Shown: positions 37,713 through 47,513 of the stretch, piece after piece
Position numbering within the stretch: position 1 is the first letter of the stretch
Layout: each line of letters begins with the position of its first letter
NCBI GenBank assembly: GCA_030535235.1
Contig: JAUNCL010000001.1
Span: forward strand, 13,518-77,517
Source: Bacillota bacterium
GTDB taxonomy: Bacteria; Bacillota; Clostridia; Oscillospirales; Oscillospiraceae
Reading direction: 5' to 3'
Length of the DNA stretch: 64,000 nucleotides
Program-made: the position numbers and the translations under genes
Notes under the pieces: generated by a model
Seen by the model: only the letters and a program-made list of their open reading frames with translations
What the model was told of the DNA's origin: nothing
The model's database searches: none

Positions 37713-37865
37713 TGACGTTGAACCGATTTCTCTTGAAAGGAAAAAGGACTTATGGTAGAGTACGTTCAGAAGATTTTTTAGAAAGAGAGCCTTATCATGA
37801 CTATGCTCAGCACCAATGCCACCCGAATAACGGGCCCTCGTCCCTGCGCAGAGAAGGCGTGACCC

Positions 37866-38348
37866 ATGGATTTACAGGGTTTATTGAGCCAGTCCTTAGG
37901 GGGCGAACTGCTGTTTACCATGCTGGTTTCCATGCTGCCGGTGGTGGAGCTTCGGGGCGGGATCCCTTTGGGTATGGGGGCCGGTCTGCCTTTGCCGCTG
38001 GCAGTGATCGCCTCTGTTATAGGTAACATGCTGCCCATTCCCTTTCTCATTCTGTTTACCCGGCGGGTCTTTGCCTGGCTGCGCCGTCACCTCCCCGTGC
38101 TGGAGCGTTTCATTTCCAAGCTGGAGCGCAAGGCAGACGCCAAAAAGGAGCTTGTGCTCCAATACCAGTTTTGGGGCCTGTTAATTTTGGTCGCCATCCC
38201 CCTGCCGGGAACCGGCGCCTGGACAGGCGCCCTGGTAGCGGCCCTGATGGACCTGAGACTGAAAAGCGCCCTCCCCGCCATCTTTACCGGCGTCCTGGTG
38301 GCCGCCGGCATCGTGTCCTGCATTACGATGGGGCTGATTTCCATCTGA
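37866..38348 (+). CDS. Small multi-drug export family membrane protein
   Basis: SMLPVVELRGGIPLG, GNMLPIP, VAIPLPGTGAWTGAL. Confidence 0.88.
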   Translation: MDLQGLLSQSLGGELLFTMLVSMLPVVELRGGIPLGMGAGLPLPLAVIASVIGNMLPIPFLILFTRRVFAWLRRHLPVLERFISKLERKADAKKELVLQYQFWGLLILVAIPLPGTGAWTGALVAALMDLRLKSALPAIFTGVLVAAGIVSCITMGLISI

Positions 38349-38427
38349 CGCAGCACGACAGCATCGGAAGCCGCAAGGAATATGGCTTTCGGATCATGGG
38401 GAGCGGCTGCACATCACGAATGAATAT

Positions 38428-38472
38428 GCCAGCCCGCAGTTCTATCGCAAGAGCTGCGGGCTGGCCTTTTTT
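38428..38472 (+). terminator. Intrinsic terminator
   Basis: GCCAGCCCGCAGTTCT ... AGAGCTGCGGGCTGGC-CTTTTTT. Confidence 0.8.
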
Positions 38473-38846
38473 GAAGACCCTTCGGGAGCCCAGGGCGGAC
38501 CTTTTTGCACAGAAACCAGCCCACAAAATTGTTCACTTTTTTATGTCCTTCTTCTTGCAACCATATGTCGAAAGTGATATAATACCAAAAACAGAACTTC
38601 AATATGAGAGGAGCGTCTTTCTTTTTTGCACCATCGGTTACAAATTACAATAATTACACAACATTGATGTAATTGTCGCAATCTTTAATCGCAGCCATTG
38701 ATTCAACCACATCCCGGCAGCGTAACGGAGCCGGAACGATCAGCATTTGAACAGCGGCCCGGCATACCGGAACCACAGGAACACTTGAAACATAGCATCT
38801 CAAAGCCAAATAACAGATAAAAGAAAAACAGGAGGAGGAAATAAAC

Positions 38847-41800
38847 ATGAAGAAACGATTATTGGCAACCTTGTTGTCACTGTGCCTGGTGGTGGGATTG
38901 TTGCCCGTCACGGCCATGGCAGCGGATGGCGATACCGAAGGCGGTAACGCCACGCAGATTGAAAAAATTACGATAAAGGGTGCCGGCACACAGGCGTCTC
39001 CCTATCAGCTCACTTCAGCAGAACAGCTCAAGGCTTTTGCAGAAGGTACTTTGGTCAACAGTGAATCTGCACCCGTTGGCACAGACTACAATGATATGTA
39101 TTTCCATATTGCGAAGCAGATTGATGCCACTGACATCACCATTGAAAACCCAATTTATACAGCAGAGCATCCTTTTTCTGGAACAATCCATTTTACTTCT
39201 TATACCTATAGCCTCAGCAGAGATGATGTGACCACAGAGTATCAGCGTAGTTTCCCCGTCAAGTCTACCTCTGCTCTCATGGTAGTCAGCAGCGACGGAA
39301 CAGCAAAGGGTATGCCTGCAAACCTTTTCCAGACCTTTGTTTCCGGCAGCGGCACACAAAATGACCCTTATCTCATCAAAAGTGCGGAGCAGCTCTCGGC
39401 AATGAGCGGCTATCTCTCCGCCGGAAGTGCTGATAAAACCTTGGATAGCTACTGCAACCTTTTGGACGCAAGCGGCACACGCATTAGTACCAATTCCTAT
39501 TTCCGCATTGATTCCGATATTGACATGGACGGCTATAATTTCTGCGGCCTCGGAGCAAACCACTTTCAAACAGGCACCACCTACGGCCCCGGTTGGACAA
39601 CCTACCACCTCAATTTCAGCGGAAAGATTGACGGCGGAAATCACACAATTTCTAATTTGACCCATGTTCGGCCTGATAGTCAAATGGCAGGTTTCCTGAC
39701 CAGAGCTTCCGGAGCTGAAATCAAAGATTTGACGCTTGACCATTTTACCGCTGTCTACCTGGGCGGAACGGCACCGATGGGGAAAGTAGTCGGAGACTCT
39801 CGTTTTTCCAATGTCCATTTAACAAATTATAAGGGAATTACCCCTCATTCGGGTTATACATCCAATGCACATGCAGACGCTGCATTTATTGGCCAGGCAA
39901 TGGATACGGTCATAGAAAACTGTTCCAGCGAGGGTTCTATCCAGCTGAGAAGTGTTGGCTCCGGTGCCGGAGGTTTTATGGGCGTTGTAGAGAATTGCAC
40001 TTTGAAAAATTGCTCATTGACCGTGGATGTGACAGACACGAAGCTGGTTGGCGGGCACTATACCGGCCTGATGTTTGGTTATATTCTCGACACTTCCGAT
40101 ATTCAGGATTGCACGCTGAAAATCGGCACTACCGGGACGGATACCTTTATCATGCCGGGCGGAAATAACGAATCTATTTTAGCCTGTTCGATCGCTCCCA
40201 ATTCTTCAATTAGAAATTTCAGCATACAGGGTAATTTCGTTGTCCCCAATAGTACCTATATGGTCAGTAAATTGGCCGGGGTTGTCGATGGCCTGACTTT
40301 GACGGGGGATTTAAAGGTACAGCCAGGCCGCACAGCTTCTGTTATCATTGGTGACGCCCTTTATTATGGAACGAGTGCGTGGGGCGGTATTGCCGTTTCA
40401 CATAATGGACAGCTGCGCAACTTTTCTTGGACTGGAAACCTCCTCAGCAGTCAGGATGACACAGAGATTAAGAAAAGCCTCTGGGCCCCCTATGTGCACT
40501 TCATTGATACTCGTGTCGGCTGTACGGAAGTGAATGCGTCTTCCGGGACAGCAGAAATTCCGCTTCCACCTGTCGGTTATCATTATGGCAGCGACCAATG
40601 GCTCATAGATGATGAAACAAACTGGGATGGCTCTGTATCCGTTTCCAACACAAACACGCTAAAACTCACCAATTGCTCTGTCCCCAACACCTACACCATC
40701 AACTTTGTTGGCGGCGAGGGAGCAACCGGCACCACAGCCAGTGTAAATGCCACCTATGACACCCCGACCACGCTGACCGACAACGGTTTCACCAAGAGCG
40801 GATACAAGTTTGCTGGTTGGGATACAGATGCCATCGCGGACGAAGTTGTGTACTCCAACGGCTCTCAGGTGCTGAATCTGACCAGTGAGCAGGAGGGCAC
40901 CGTCCCCCTCTATGCCGTCTGGACAGCGAAAGAAAATGTTCCCGCACCCAATGTGACCGCTGAGACCAAGACCTATAACGGACAGGATCAGAGCCTGGAA
41001 CTGAGTGGCTTCACCGTCAAATACACGCAGGACGGTCAGGAGGCTACCCCCGTGGACGTGGGTACTTATGACCTGGAGATTATAAAAGACGAAACAAACG
41101 ACACCGCGGCTTACCACAGCTATCTCTATGCGGCCCTCACCATTGAGCCTGCCGAGCTGATTGTTGCCGCTGAGGACAAGTCCATGTATGTGAACGACCC
41201 GCTGCCTGTCTTTACCTGCACCATATCCGGCTGGCAGGGGGATGACGGAAAGAATGTGGCGATGCCTGACCCGCAGGCCACCTGTTCCGCCAACGGCAAG
41301 ACTGCCGGAACCTATGACATTATTCCCGGCCATATCAATGCCGGAGACAACTACAAAGTCATCTATGAGAAAGGCAAGCTGACTGTCAGCAAACACAGTT
41401 CCTCCAACACCACTACTTCCACCACCACCAATAACCCCGACGGATCCACCACGACCACCACGACCGACAAGACCACCGGCACAGTCACCGAGACCACCAA
41501 GGCTGCCGACGGCACCACCGTGGTGGCCACCACCGACAAGCAGGGCAACACCACCGTGACCGCCAATGTCCCCGCCGCGGCCGTCGACGCCGCCAAGGGC
41601 GAGGCCGTCGCCCTGCCCACCACCGTTTCCGCCGGCGAAAGCGTGAAGATCACCGCCGCCAAGGAAACCAAGGTGGAGATCCCCGTGGAGAACGTGACCC
41701 CCGGCACCGTGGCCGTTATCGTCAAGGCCGACGGCACCGAGGAGATCCTCAAGACCTCCCTGCCCACGGAGGACGGCGTGGTTCTGACCGTGGAAGGCGA

Positions 41801-42329
41801 TGCCACCGTGAAGATCGTGGACAACGCCAAGGAATTCGTGGATGTGAACCCCGTGAACCACTGGGCCGAGGACGCCATCGACTTCGTGACGGCCCGTGAA
41901 ATGTTCACCGGAACCAGTGAAACAACGTTCTCTCCCGACGTTCCCATGACCCGCGCCCAGCTGATGACCGTTCTGGCCCGCTTCGACGGCCAGGACACCA
42001 ACGGCGGCGCCACATGGTATGAGAAGGGTATGGAATGGGCCAAGGCCAACGGCGTGTCCGACGGCTCCAACCCCAGCGGCAGCATCACCCGGGAGCAGCT
42101 GGCCACCATGCTGTGGCGCTACTCCGGCAGCCCCGTTGTTGAGGGCAGCATGGACCACTTCACCGACGCAGAGGCGGTCAGCGACTATGCCGCCGACGCC
42201 ATGCGCTGGGCTGTGGAGACCGGCCTGATCAGCGGCGTGGACAACAACACCCTGGATCCCCAGGGCAACGCCACCAGAGCCCAGCTGGCCACCATCCTCA
42301 TGCGCTTCTGCCAGAATCTGGCCGAGTAA
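38847..42329 (+). CDS. Secreted cell-surface protein: GLUG/beta-helix-like N-terminus, InlB B-repeat and MBG-like domains, Thr-rich linker, C-terminal SLH domains
   Basis: Sec signal. G.GT..DPY.I.SAEQL twice. GYKFAGWDT and LYAVWT. SLH motifs HWAEDAIDFV, FSPDVPMTRAQ, ITREQLATML, DPQGNATRAQLA. Confidence 0.88.
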   Translation: MKKRLLATLLSLCLVVGLLPVTAMAADGDTEGGNATQIEKITIKGAGTQASPYQLTSAEQLKAFAEGTLVNSESAPVGTDYNDMYFHIAKQIDATDITIENPIYTAEHPFSGTIHFTSYTYSLSRDDVTTEYQRSFPVKSTSALMVVSSDGTAKGMPANLFQTFVSGSGTQNDPYLIKSAEQLSAMSGYLSAGSADKTLDSYCNLLDASGTRISTNSYFRIDSDIDMDGYNFCGLGANHFQTGTTYGPGWTTYHLNFSGKIDGGNHTISNLTHVRPDSQMAGFLTRASGAEIKDLTLDHFTAVYLGGTAPMGKVVGDSRFSNVHLTNYKGITPHSGYTSNAHADAAFIGQAMDTVIENCSSEGSIQLRSVGSGAGGFMGVVENCTLKNCSLTVDVTDTKLVGGHYTGLMFGYILDTSDIQDCTLKIGTTGTDTFIMPGGNNESILACSIAPNSSIRNFSIQGNFVVPNSTYMVSKLAGVVDGLTLTGDLKVQPGRTASVIIGDALYYGTSAWGGIAVSHNGQLRNFSWTGNLLSSQDDTEIKKSLWAPYVHFIDTRVGCTEVNASSGTAEIPLPPVGYHYGSDQWLIDDETNWDGSVSVSNTNTLKLTNCSVPNTYTINFVGGEGATGTTASVNATYDTPTTLTDNGFTKSGYKFAGWDTDAIADEVVYSNGSQVLNLTSEQEGTVPLYAVWTAKENVPAPNVTAETKTYNGQDQSLELSGFTVKYTQDGQEATPVDVGTYDLEIIKDETNDTAAYHSYLYAALTIEPAELIVAAEDKSMYVNDPLPVFTCTISGWQGDDGKNVAMPDPQATCSANGKTAGTYDIIPGHINAGDNYKVIYEKGKLTVSKHSSSNTTTSTTTNNPDGSTTTTTTDKTTGTVTETTKAADGTTVVATTDKQGNTTVTANVPAAAVDAAKGEAVALPTTVSAGESVKITAAKETKVEIPVENVTPGTVAVIVKADGTEEILKTSLPTEDGVVLTVEGDATVKIVDNAKEFVDVNPVNHWAEDAIDFVTAREMFTGTSETTFSPDVPMTRAQLMTVLARFDGQDTNGGATWYEKGMEWAKANGVSDGSNPSGSITREQLATMLWRYSGSPVVEGSMDHFTDAEAVSDYAADAMRWAVETGLISGVDNNTLDPQGNATRAQLATILMRFCQNLAE

Positions 42330-42380
42330 AACAGAAATGTCTTGTAAAAAGGCGCACCGCAAGATAGCACCCGAAAAGAC

Positions 42381-42575
42381 AAAACCACCGGTTTAACCGG
42401 TGGCCTGACCAAGCCCTACAAGGGCCTATTCCCTGTGGTTGCCCCTAAATGGGCAACGAATATCTGACAATCAAACGCGCATTACCGGCAGCCCCCAACA
42501 GGGGGCTGTCCTTTTTGCCGCTCTTTCCCGGATCTTCTTACCCGTAAGCGGGTCTGTAAATTCCTTCTAAGACCA
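42381..42575 (-). mobile_element. IS200/IS605-family remnant (tnpA 3' end and right-end hairpins)
   Basis: Minus strand reads S*KEFTDPLTGK, similar to the Firmicute TnpA tail SLKEYxDPFTG. It is followed by stacked hairpins GCCCC...GGGGC and the terminal CCACCGGTTAAACCGGTGG. Confidence 0.6.
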
Positions 42576-42602
42576 CGATGTGTCATCACGCCCGAAAGGC
42601 AT

Positions 42603-43649
42603 TCATTTTGTCTGCCCAGGCTCGAAGCCATTGGGGTTCTGTTTCTGCCAGTTCCAGCTGTCCCGGCACATGTCAACCACATCGTACTCCGCCTTCCAGC
42701 CGAGTTCCTTCCACGCTGTCCCCGGGTCGCTGTAGCAGCTTGCGATATCCCCGGCTCTCCGCTCGCCAATGACATAGGGAACCTTGACCCCGTTGGCCTC
42801 CTCAAAGGCATGAACCAGGTCCAGAACAGAGTACCCACGTCCGGTTCCCAGGTTGTACACCTCCACGCCACAGTTCCGCGCAATGGCTTGCAGAGCCTTC
42901 ACATGGCCCCTGGCCAGGTCAACCACATGGATATAGTCCCGCACCCCGGTGCCGTCCGGCGTGTCGTAGTCGTTGCCGAACACCGTCAGGTGATCCAGCT
43001 TCCCCACCGCCACCTGGGTGATGTAGGGCATGAGATTATTCGGGATGCCGTTGGGATTTTCCCCGATCAGGCCGGATTTATGGGCGCCAATGGGATTGAA
43101 ATACCGCAGCAGCACCACATTCCACGGGGCATCCGCCCCGTTCTTTTTATCTGCCGTGTGGAGGTCAGTCAGAATCTCCTCCAGCATGGACTTGGTCTGT
43201 CCATAGGGGTTCGTACACTTCCCCTTCGGGCAGTCCTCCGTGATGGGAATCACCGCCGGGTCGCCGTACACCGTAGCAGAGGAAGAAAAGATGATGTTCT
43301 TGCACCCGTGCTTCCGCATCACATCCAAAAGCACAAGGGTTCCCCCCACGTTGTTGTCATAGTATTCCCAGGGCTTGGAGACAGACTCGCCCACCGCCTT
43401 GAGACCCGCAAAGTGGATCACACAGTCAAAGGAACAGAGAGCGAACACCCTTTCCAGTCCCTCCCGGTCCCGGATATCCACCTCGTAGAAGGGAACCTCC
43501 GTGGAAGCGATCTCCTCCACCCGCCGGAGGGCTTCCCTGCTGCTGTTGCACAGGTTGTCCACCACCACCACGGAATGGCCGCTGTTCAGCAACTCCACTA
43601 CCGTATGGGAACCGATGAAACCGGCTCCCCCAGTCACCAAGATATTCAT
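42603..43649 (-). CDS. galE: UDP-glucose 4-epimerase
   Basis: MNILVTGGAGFIGSH, HFAGLKAVGES, FSSSATVYG, NPYGQTK, LRYFNPIGAH, PNNLMP, RDYIHV. Confidence 0.96.
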   Translation of the reverse strand: MNILVTGGAGFIGSHTVVELLNSGHSVVVVDNLCNSSREALRRVEEIASTEVPFYEVDIRDREGLERVFALCSFDCVIHFAGLKAVGESVSKPWEYYDNNVGGTLVLLDVMRKHGCKNIIFSSSATVYGDPAVIPITEDCPKGKCTNPYGQTKSMLEEILTDLHTADKKNGADAPWNVVLLRYFNPIGAHKSGLIGENPNGIPNNLMPYITQVAVGKLDHLTVFGNDYDTPDGTGVRDYIHVVDLARGHVKALQAIARNCGVEVYNLGTGRGYSVLDLVHAFEEANGVKVPYVIGERRAGDIASCYSDPGTAWKELGWKAEYDVVDMCRDSWNWQKQNPNGFEPGQTK

Positions 43650-43666
43650 TTCGCGTGCTCCTTTTC

Positions 43667-44431
43667 TCACCATTCAATGGTCTCTGGGTAGTCAAAGGTT
43701 GTCGGCCGCAGCTGGTAGATGCTGCAATCGTACTCCTTCGCGGCATCCATCAGCTCAGCGGCCATTTTTTGATAGGCCACCGGCCTCTTCATCAGGCGGT
43801 TTGCAATCAGTTTGATCTTGTTGGCCCGTTTCTCCAGCGGGGCAGACAGAAGCTCCACATTACACTTGTCCACATACTGAATCGCATAGCCTCTAAAATA
43901 CGGGAATCCTTCCTCGGCTTCCCGCACAATGCGCTCCGCCGCATCATCCCCGATGACCTCTGCCATCGCCGCAAAGATCCCCAGCCGCAGGTTTTCCAGG
44001 ATTCCCTTGTCCCGCAGGTACTCCCAATAGGGGGGCAGCGGAAGGTCGGGCTCTGCGCTTTTCTTGCTTGGATAGTAACGTCTCCCATACTTGCAAATGG
44101 TAGGGATGGCCTCCGCCACAAAGATGGCCAAGGGGAACAGCACATTCACGCTATAATACACATTTTGCTTGGGGGCGATTACCCCGTGGTACTTCATCAG
44201 ATCCTCCGTTATGCCGTTGTCCAGCATCCTGACCTCCCGGTCGCCCATGAAAGCATGACGAATATCATAGCAGATGGCAAGAAGTTGATTTTGAATCCCG
44301 TAATAGGGATGACTGTAATTCTCCTCCATCTCTGTCATGTTGTGCATAGCCTCCACAAGCTGATACAGGGTCTTATAGTCTCCGCTGATGGTCACACCGG
44401 TCAGGTGTTCTGTCGGTTTAATTTCCAGCAC
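43667..44431 (-). CDS. Conserved Clostridial hypothetical protein (DUF6904-like)
   Basis: TGVTISGDY..L..LV, LLAICYDIRHAFMGDRE, NVYYS. Upstream TTGACT-N17-TAGGAT promoter. Confidence 0.6.
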   Translation of the reverse strand: MLEIKPTEHLTGVTISGDYKTLYQLVEAMHNMTEMEENYSHPYYGIQNQLLAICYDIRHAFMGDREVRMLDNGITEDLMKYHGVIAPKQNVYYSVNVLFPLAIFVAEAIPTICKYGRRYYPSKKSAEPDLPLPPYWEYLRDKGILENLRLGIFAAMAEVIGDDAAERIVREAEEGFPYFRGYAIQYVDKCNVELLSAPLEKRANKIKLIANRLMKRPVAYQKMAAELMDAAKEYDCSIYQLRPTTFDYPETIEW

Positions 44432-44577
44432 GGGTATCCCCCTCTTCTGTCTTACGTTTCAGATTCTCTACACAGTACGCAGGAACAACTTTGGCCAGTC
44501 CCTGAGCGCGCCTCTATTTTTTTATCCTACCAGTTTTTCAATATGAAGTCAAACCGCAAAAACCCTCCTTCGTATGT

Positions 44578-44610
44578 CATCCCCCAGCTCTTGAACCGAG
44601 CTGGGGGATG
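44578..44610. terminator. 13-bp perfect hairpin (terminator or IS200-like end)
   Basis: CATCCCCCAGCTC-TTGAACC-GAGCTGGGGGATG. Confidence 0.5.
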
Positions 44611-44663
44611 TAATTTTTCAGCGCATCTCTTTGTGAGACCGCCTCATCTCTTTTTCCAAGTGA

Positions 44664-45920
44664 TCACCTGATTCGATCCCTGATACAAGCAATGTCGCTC
44701 CCCAACAGCGTTTCCCTGTCCAACAATGCCTGCTGCACTGCGATCATAAAATCATAGTTGTCTCGAAGAAGACGCTGTGCCCCTCGGTAAAGCTCCTCCA
44801 GCTTGGCCGCGGCAAGTGTTTCGTTCTTGGCAAGCATCGCCTCGGATGCGGACGTCTGCTCACATACGATCCCCACAAAGCCACTTCCGCCAAACGATTC
44901 GATCCACTGTCTGACATAATAGGCTGCTGTCTGGAGATCCTCCCTTGCGCCCATATCAAACTGGCCATAAACCATTTCCACCCCCGCCTTGCCTGCAAGG
45001 CTTTTGGTTGCTAAGTTCAGAAACTCTGATTCCGTCGAGATCTCTTTGTCCAAATAGTATTGGGTCATTCCCTGACCACAGCCATTCTTTCGCAGTGTCA
45101 CCAGGGATACGCTGTCAGGCTTCAGCACATCAGCTGCAACCACATGGGCCGCTTCATGAAGCGCAATCTGCGCGATATCAGGGTTTCTCTCCGTGTCGTC
45201 CTTCTTGATGTTATAGACGACCTGTAACACAGCATCGACCAGATCAGCTTTTTCAATTTTCCCGGCACCGCGATAACAGCTGTTGATGGCAGCCACATTC
45301 ATCACCGTCTCCAAAACCGCACAGCTTGTTCTGCCGCCCATAGCCTTTACAATATCAGAGACTATTCCCTCGTCATCCAAGGGCCTGTCCCTGAGGTAAT
45401 GCTCCGCGATGCGCACAGCCGTATCCCCTCGGGGTGGTTCCAGGTTTATCGTATAGTCGAAGCGGCCCGGGCGGAGCAGCGATTGCGGGATACAGGACGT
45501 GGTATTGGCTGTGGCAATGACAAATACATCGTCGCCCTTTACACCATCCATGGCGCTCTGCAAGGCTGCCCATTGGGTCCCGTAGGGAGACGGCGAATCT
45601 GCATAAAGGTTGATGTCTTCCAGGAGAAGCACAGAAGGGGCAGTCTCTTTTGCGTGAAAAAAAGCCTCCTTGAGCGAGACAAGGAAGCTTTCGTCGCTGG
45701 AATCCTTACGCAATACAGCACAGCACCGGTTGGATTCCTCCATAAAAGTGGCAGCCAACAGGCTCTTACCAAGCCCCGGCTCTGAAACCATCAGCAGCCC
45801 ATGCGGAAGCGCAGCCCCTCGCTGTTCATAGTCGCTTCTCCGCTTCAAGATATCCAATATCTGCCGCAGAACTTCTTTCGTGGCGTCATAGCCAATCACT
45901 CTTTGATCGAACAGATCCAT
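44664..45920 (-). CDS. Soluble FtsH-like AAA+ ATPase with peptidase M41 domain
   Basis: SEPGLGKS, ATANTTSCIPQSLLRPGRFD (second region of homology), ALHEAAH (HExxH), GAREDLQTA. No TM segment. Confidence 0.8.
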   Translation of the reverse strand: MDLFDQRVIGYDATKEVLRQILDILKRRSDYEQRGAALPHGLLMVSEPGLGKSLLAATFMEESNRCCAVLRKDSSDESFLVSLKEAFFHAKETAPSVLLLEDINLYADSPSPYGTQWAALQSAMDGVKGDDVFVIATANTTSCIPQSLLRPGRFDYTINLEPPRGDTAVRIAEHYLRDRPLDDEGIVSDIVKAMGGRTSCAVLETVMNVAAINSCYRGAGKIEKADLVDAVLQVVYNIKKDDTERNPDIAQIALHEAAHVVAADVLKPDSVSLVTLRKNGCGQGMTQYYLDKEISTESEFLNLATKSLAGKAGVEMVYGQFDMGAREDLQTAAYYVRQWIESFGGSGFVGIVCEQTSASEAMLAKNETLAAAKLEELYRGAQRLLRDNYDFMIAVQQALLDRETLLGSDIACIRDRIR

Positions 45921-45957
45921 TGTATTTATACCTCTTTCCATCAGTCTATGGCATCAC

Positions 45958-46485
45958 TTAAAACAGCGGTGTTGGGTTTCCGCTAATATAGTTCTGATAC
46001 CAGCAATTGATTGCTTTCTTAAGCAGACCCAGTTCATCATAAATAAAAAATTTTCTACCGTTCCACCAATTGATCGCTGAGACAGCGATATGAATATGTA
46101 CGTTATCGGTATCCGTATGCACCCCAAAGAAAGAGATATACCCTCGATTGAAATAGAAGGCCGCTACTTCTTTTGCCAGCATGAATGCCATGACAGGATC
46201 TTGACCTTCTTCGGCTTCGAAGGATATGACTCGGTGCATCACGAGACTTGACGGATGCTTGGGGAACAACATAATCTGGTTATAAAACAGCTTGTCCGCA
46301 CGCTCCCATGCTCCCGGCTGATCTGCTGAAATAATATCGGGCGCCATCCCAATCAAATACTGACCTGTCCCTTGAGGATACCTTGTTGCTTCCGGTTTAC
46401 TAATGTATTTCAGAAGATTTTCTACATCTTTGGGAAAGGCATACCGGCATTTGTTCTGTTCGTTCACTAATTTGATTATAAGCAT
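45958..46485 (-). CDS. Short HUH relaxase (MOBP/VirD2-like)
   Basis: LLKYISK (Tyr), HRVISF, GVHTDTDNVHIHIAVSAIN, GRKF. Confidence 0.82.
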   Translation of the reverse strand: MLIIKLVNEQNKCRYAFPKDVENLLKYISKPEATRYPQGTGQYLIGMAPDIISADQPGAWERADKLFYNQIMLFPKHPSSLVMHRVISFEAEEGQDPVMAFMLAKEVAAFYFNRGYISFFGVHTDTDNVHIHIAVSAINWWNGRKFFIYDELGLLKKAINCWYQNYISGNPTPLF

Positions 46486-46769
46486 GATTGATAGATACTC
46501 CTCTCTAAATCCTCCAGGTCAATTTGATAACCTTGTTTCCGGATTGTCTGCCTAACATTCTGGAATGCCATTGCAACCATCATTTGTCCTCTAAAGTATT
46601 CCTGTCGTTTTTTATTACTGATAAAGTCGGTATCCACCAAGGATAGTTCCCGAATCAGTTCACTGACAGGTACCCCTTCTCTTTTTGCCTTTTCCCGAAT
46701 AGCCGCAGCTTCATCCTCTGTTACGCGGATCGACAGGTTTACCGATCTTTGATTCTTGTTTTTTCTCAT
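46476..46769 (-). CDS. mobC: MobC-like ribbon-helix-helix accessory protein
   Basis: SIRVTEDEAAAIREKAKREGVPVSELIR; overlaps the relaxase start. Confidence 0.75.
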   Translation of the reverse strand: MRKNKNQRSVNLSIRVTEDEAAAIREKAKREGVPVSELIRELSLVDTDFISNKKRQEYFRGQMMVAMAFQNVRQTIRKQGYQIDLEDLERSIYQSCL

Positions 46770-47120
46770 AAATAGTTCTCCTAATATAATATTTCAAAAA
46801 ATGTAAATGTATTAGCTTCCAATGAATGTTAGTGACTATTCATTAGGCTATTATTCATTCTGAAGTTTCTATTCTGCATATTATTAATAATAACAGGATA
46901 TATAGGGATGTATTACATTTTCGATTGTCGAGGTGTTTTCAGATCGCAAAAAGCCCTACAGAAAACACCGATCTCCCATACCAATCCACTTCACTTTACC
47001 ACCCAATAAACAGCAGCCAGAACACAACAACGCGCATTACATTTTTTGATTATACTAATGTTACGAAGCGTGATAAAACTTTACCGGACACGCTGTTCTG
47101 TTAGCCCTACGTTGCTTCCG

Positions 47121-47266
47121 ACGGGTCAGGATAGCATTACAACAATTGATGCCCAGCATTTCCAGGTCTCTGACAGGAACCTGTCTCAGAAAATATCAGC
47201 GCAATAAAAAGCTACACAGCATACTACTATACAGTAAAAAATGTCAGCTGCGGGGCAGGATTGCTA
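47121..47266 (-). promoter_or_regulatory. Candidate oriT: two RP4-like nic motifs
   Basis: Minus GCTATCCTGACCCG (47122-47135) and GCAATCCTGCCCCG (47251-47264), compared with RP4 nic CTATCCTG/CCCGG. Located in the AT-rich region upstream of mobC. Confidence 0.45.
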
Positions 47267-47513
47267 TTACCGAGGTATCTGTGCGATTCGTAAGAACTGT
47301 GTTGGTAATGGTTCTATGGCAAAGGTCACCGCTTACTGATCTGTTCTGAACGCTATATATTTTTATCATATCCATCTCATTTCCTCTGTTATCCTTGATT
47401 TTCAAGGAAATATAATTTATAATTTTCCAAAACACAGCATTTCAAAAATTAATATTTTCAAAACAATCTACTATTTAAATGCAAAATTTTTAAAACAGAG
47501 GAGCCCCTTTCTT

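Noticed and set aside
38654-38846. Riboswitch upstream of the SLH protein
   Set aside because: Only small CCGG hairpins, no terminator and no recognisable aptamer motif.
40659-42362. 567-aa minus ORF opposite the SLH gene; likewise the 629-aa plus ORF at 60398-62287 and the 398-aa ORFs near 56198 and 57986
   Set aside because: Shadows of strongly codon-biased genes.
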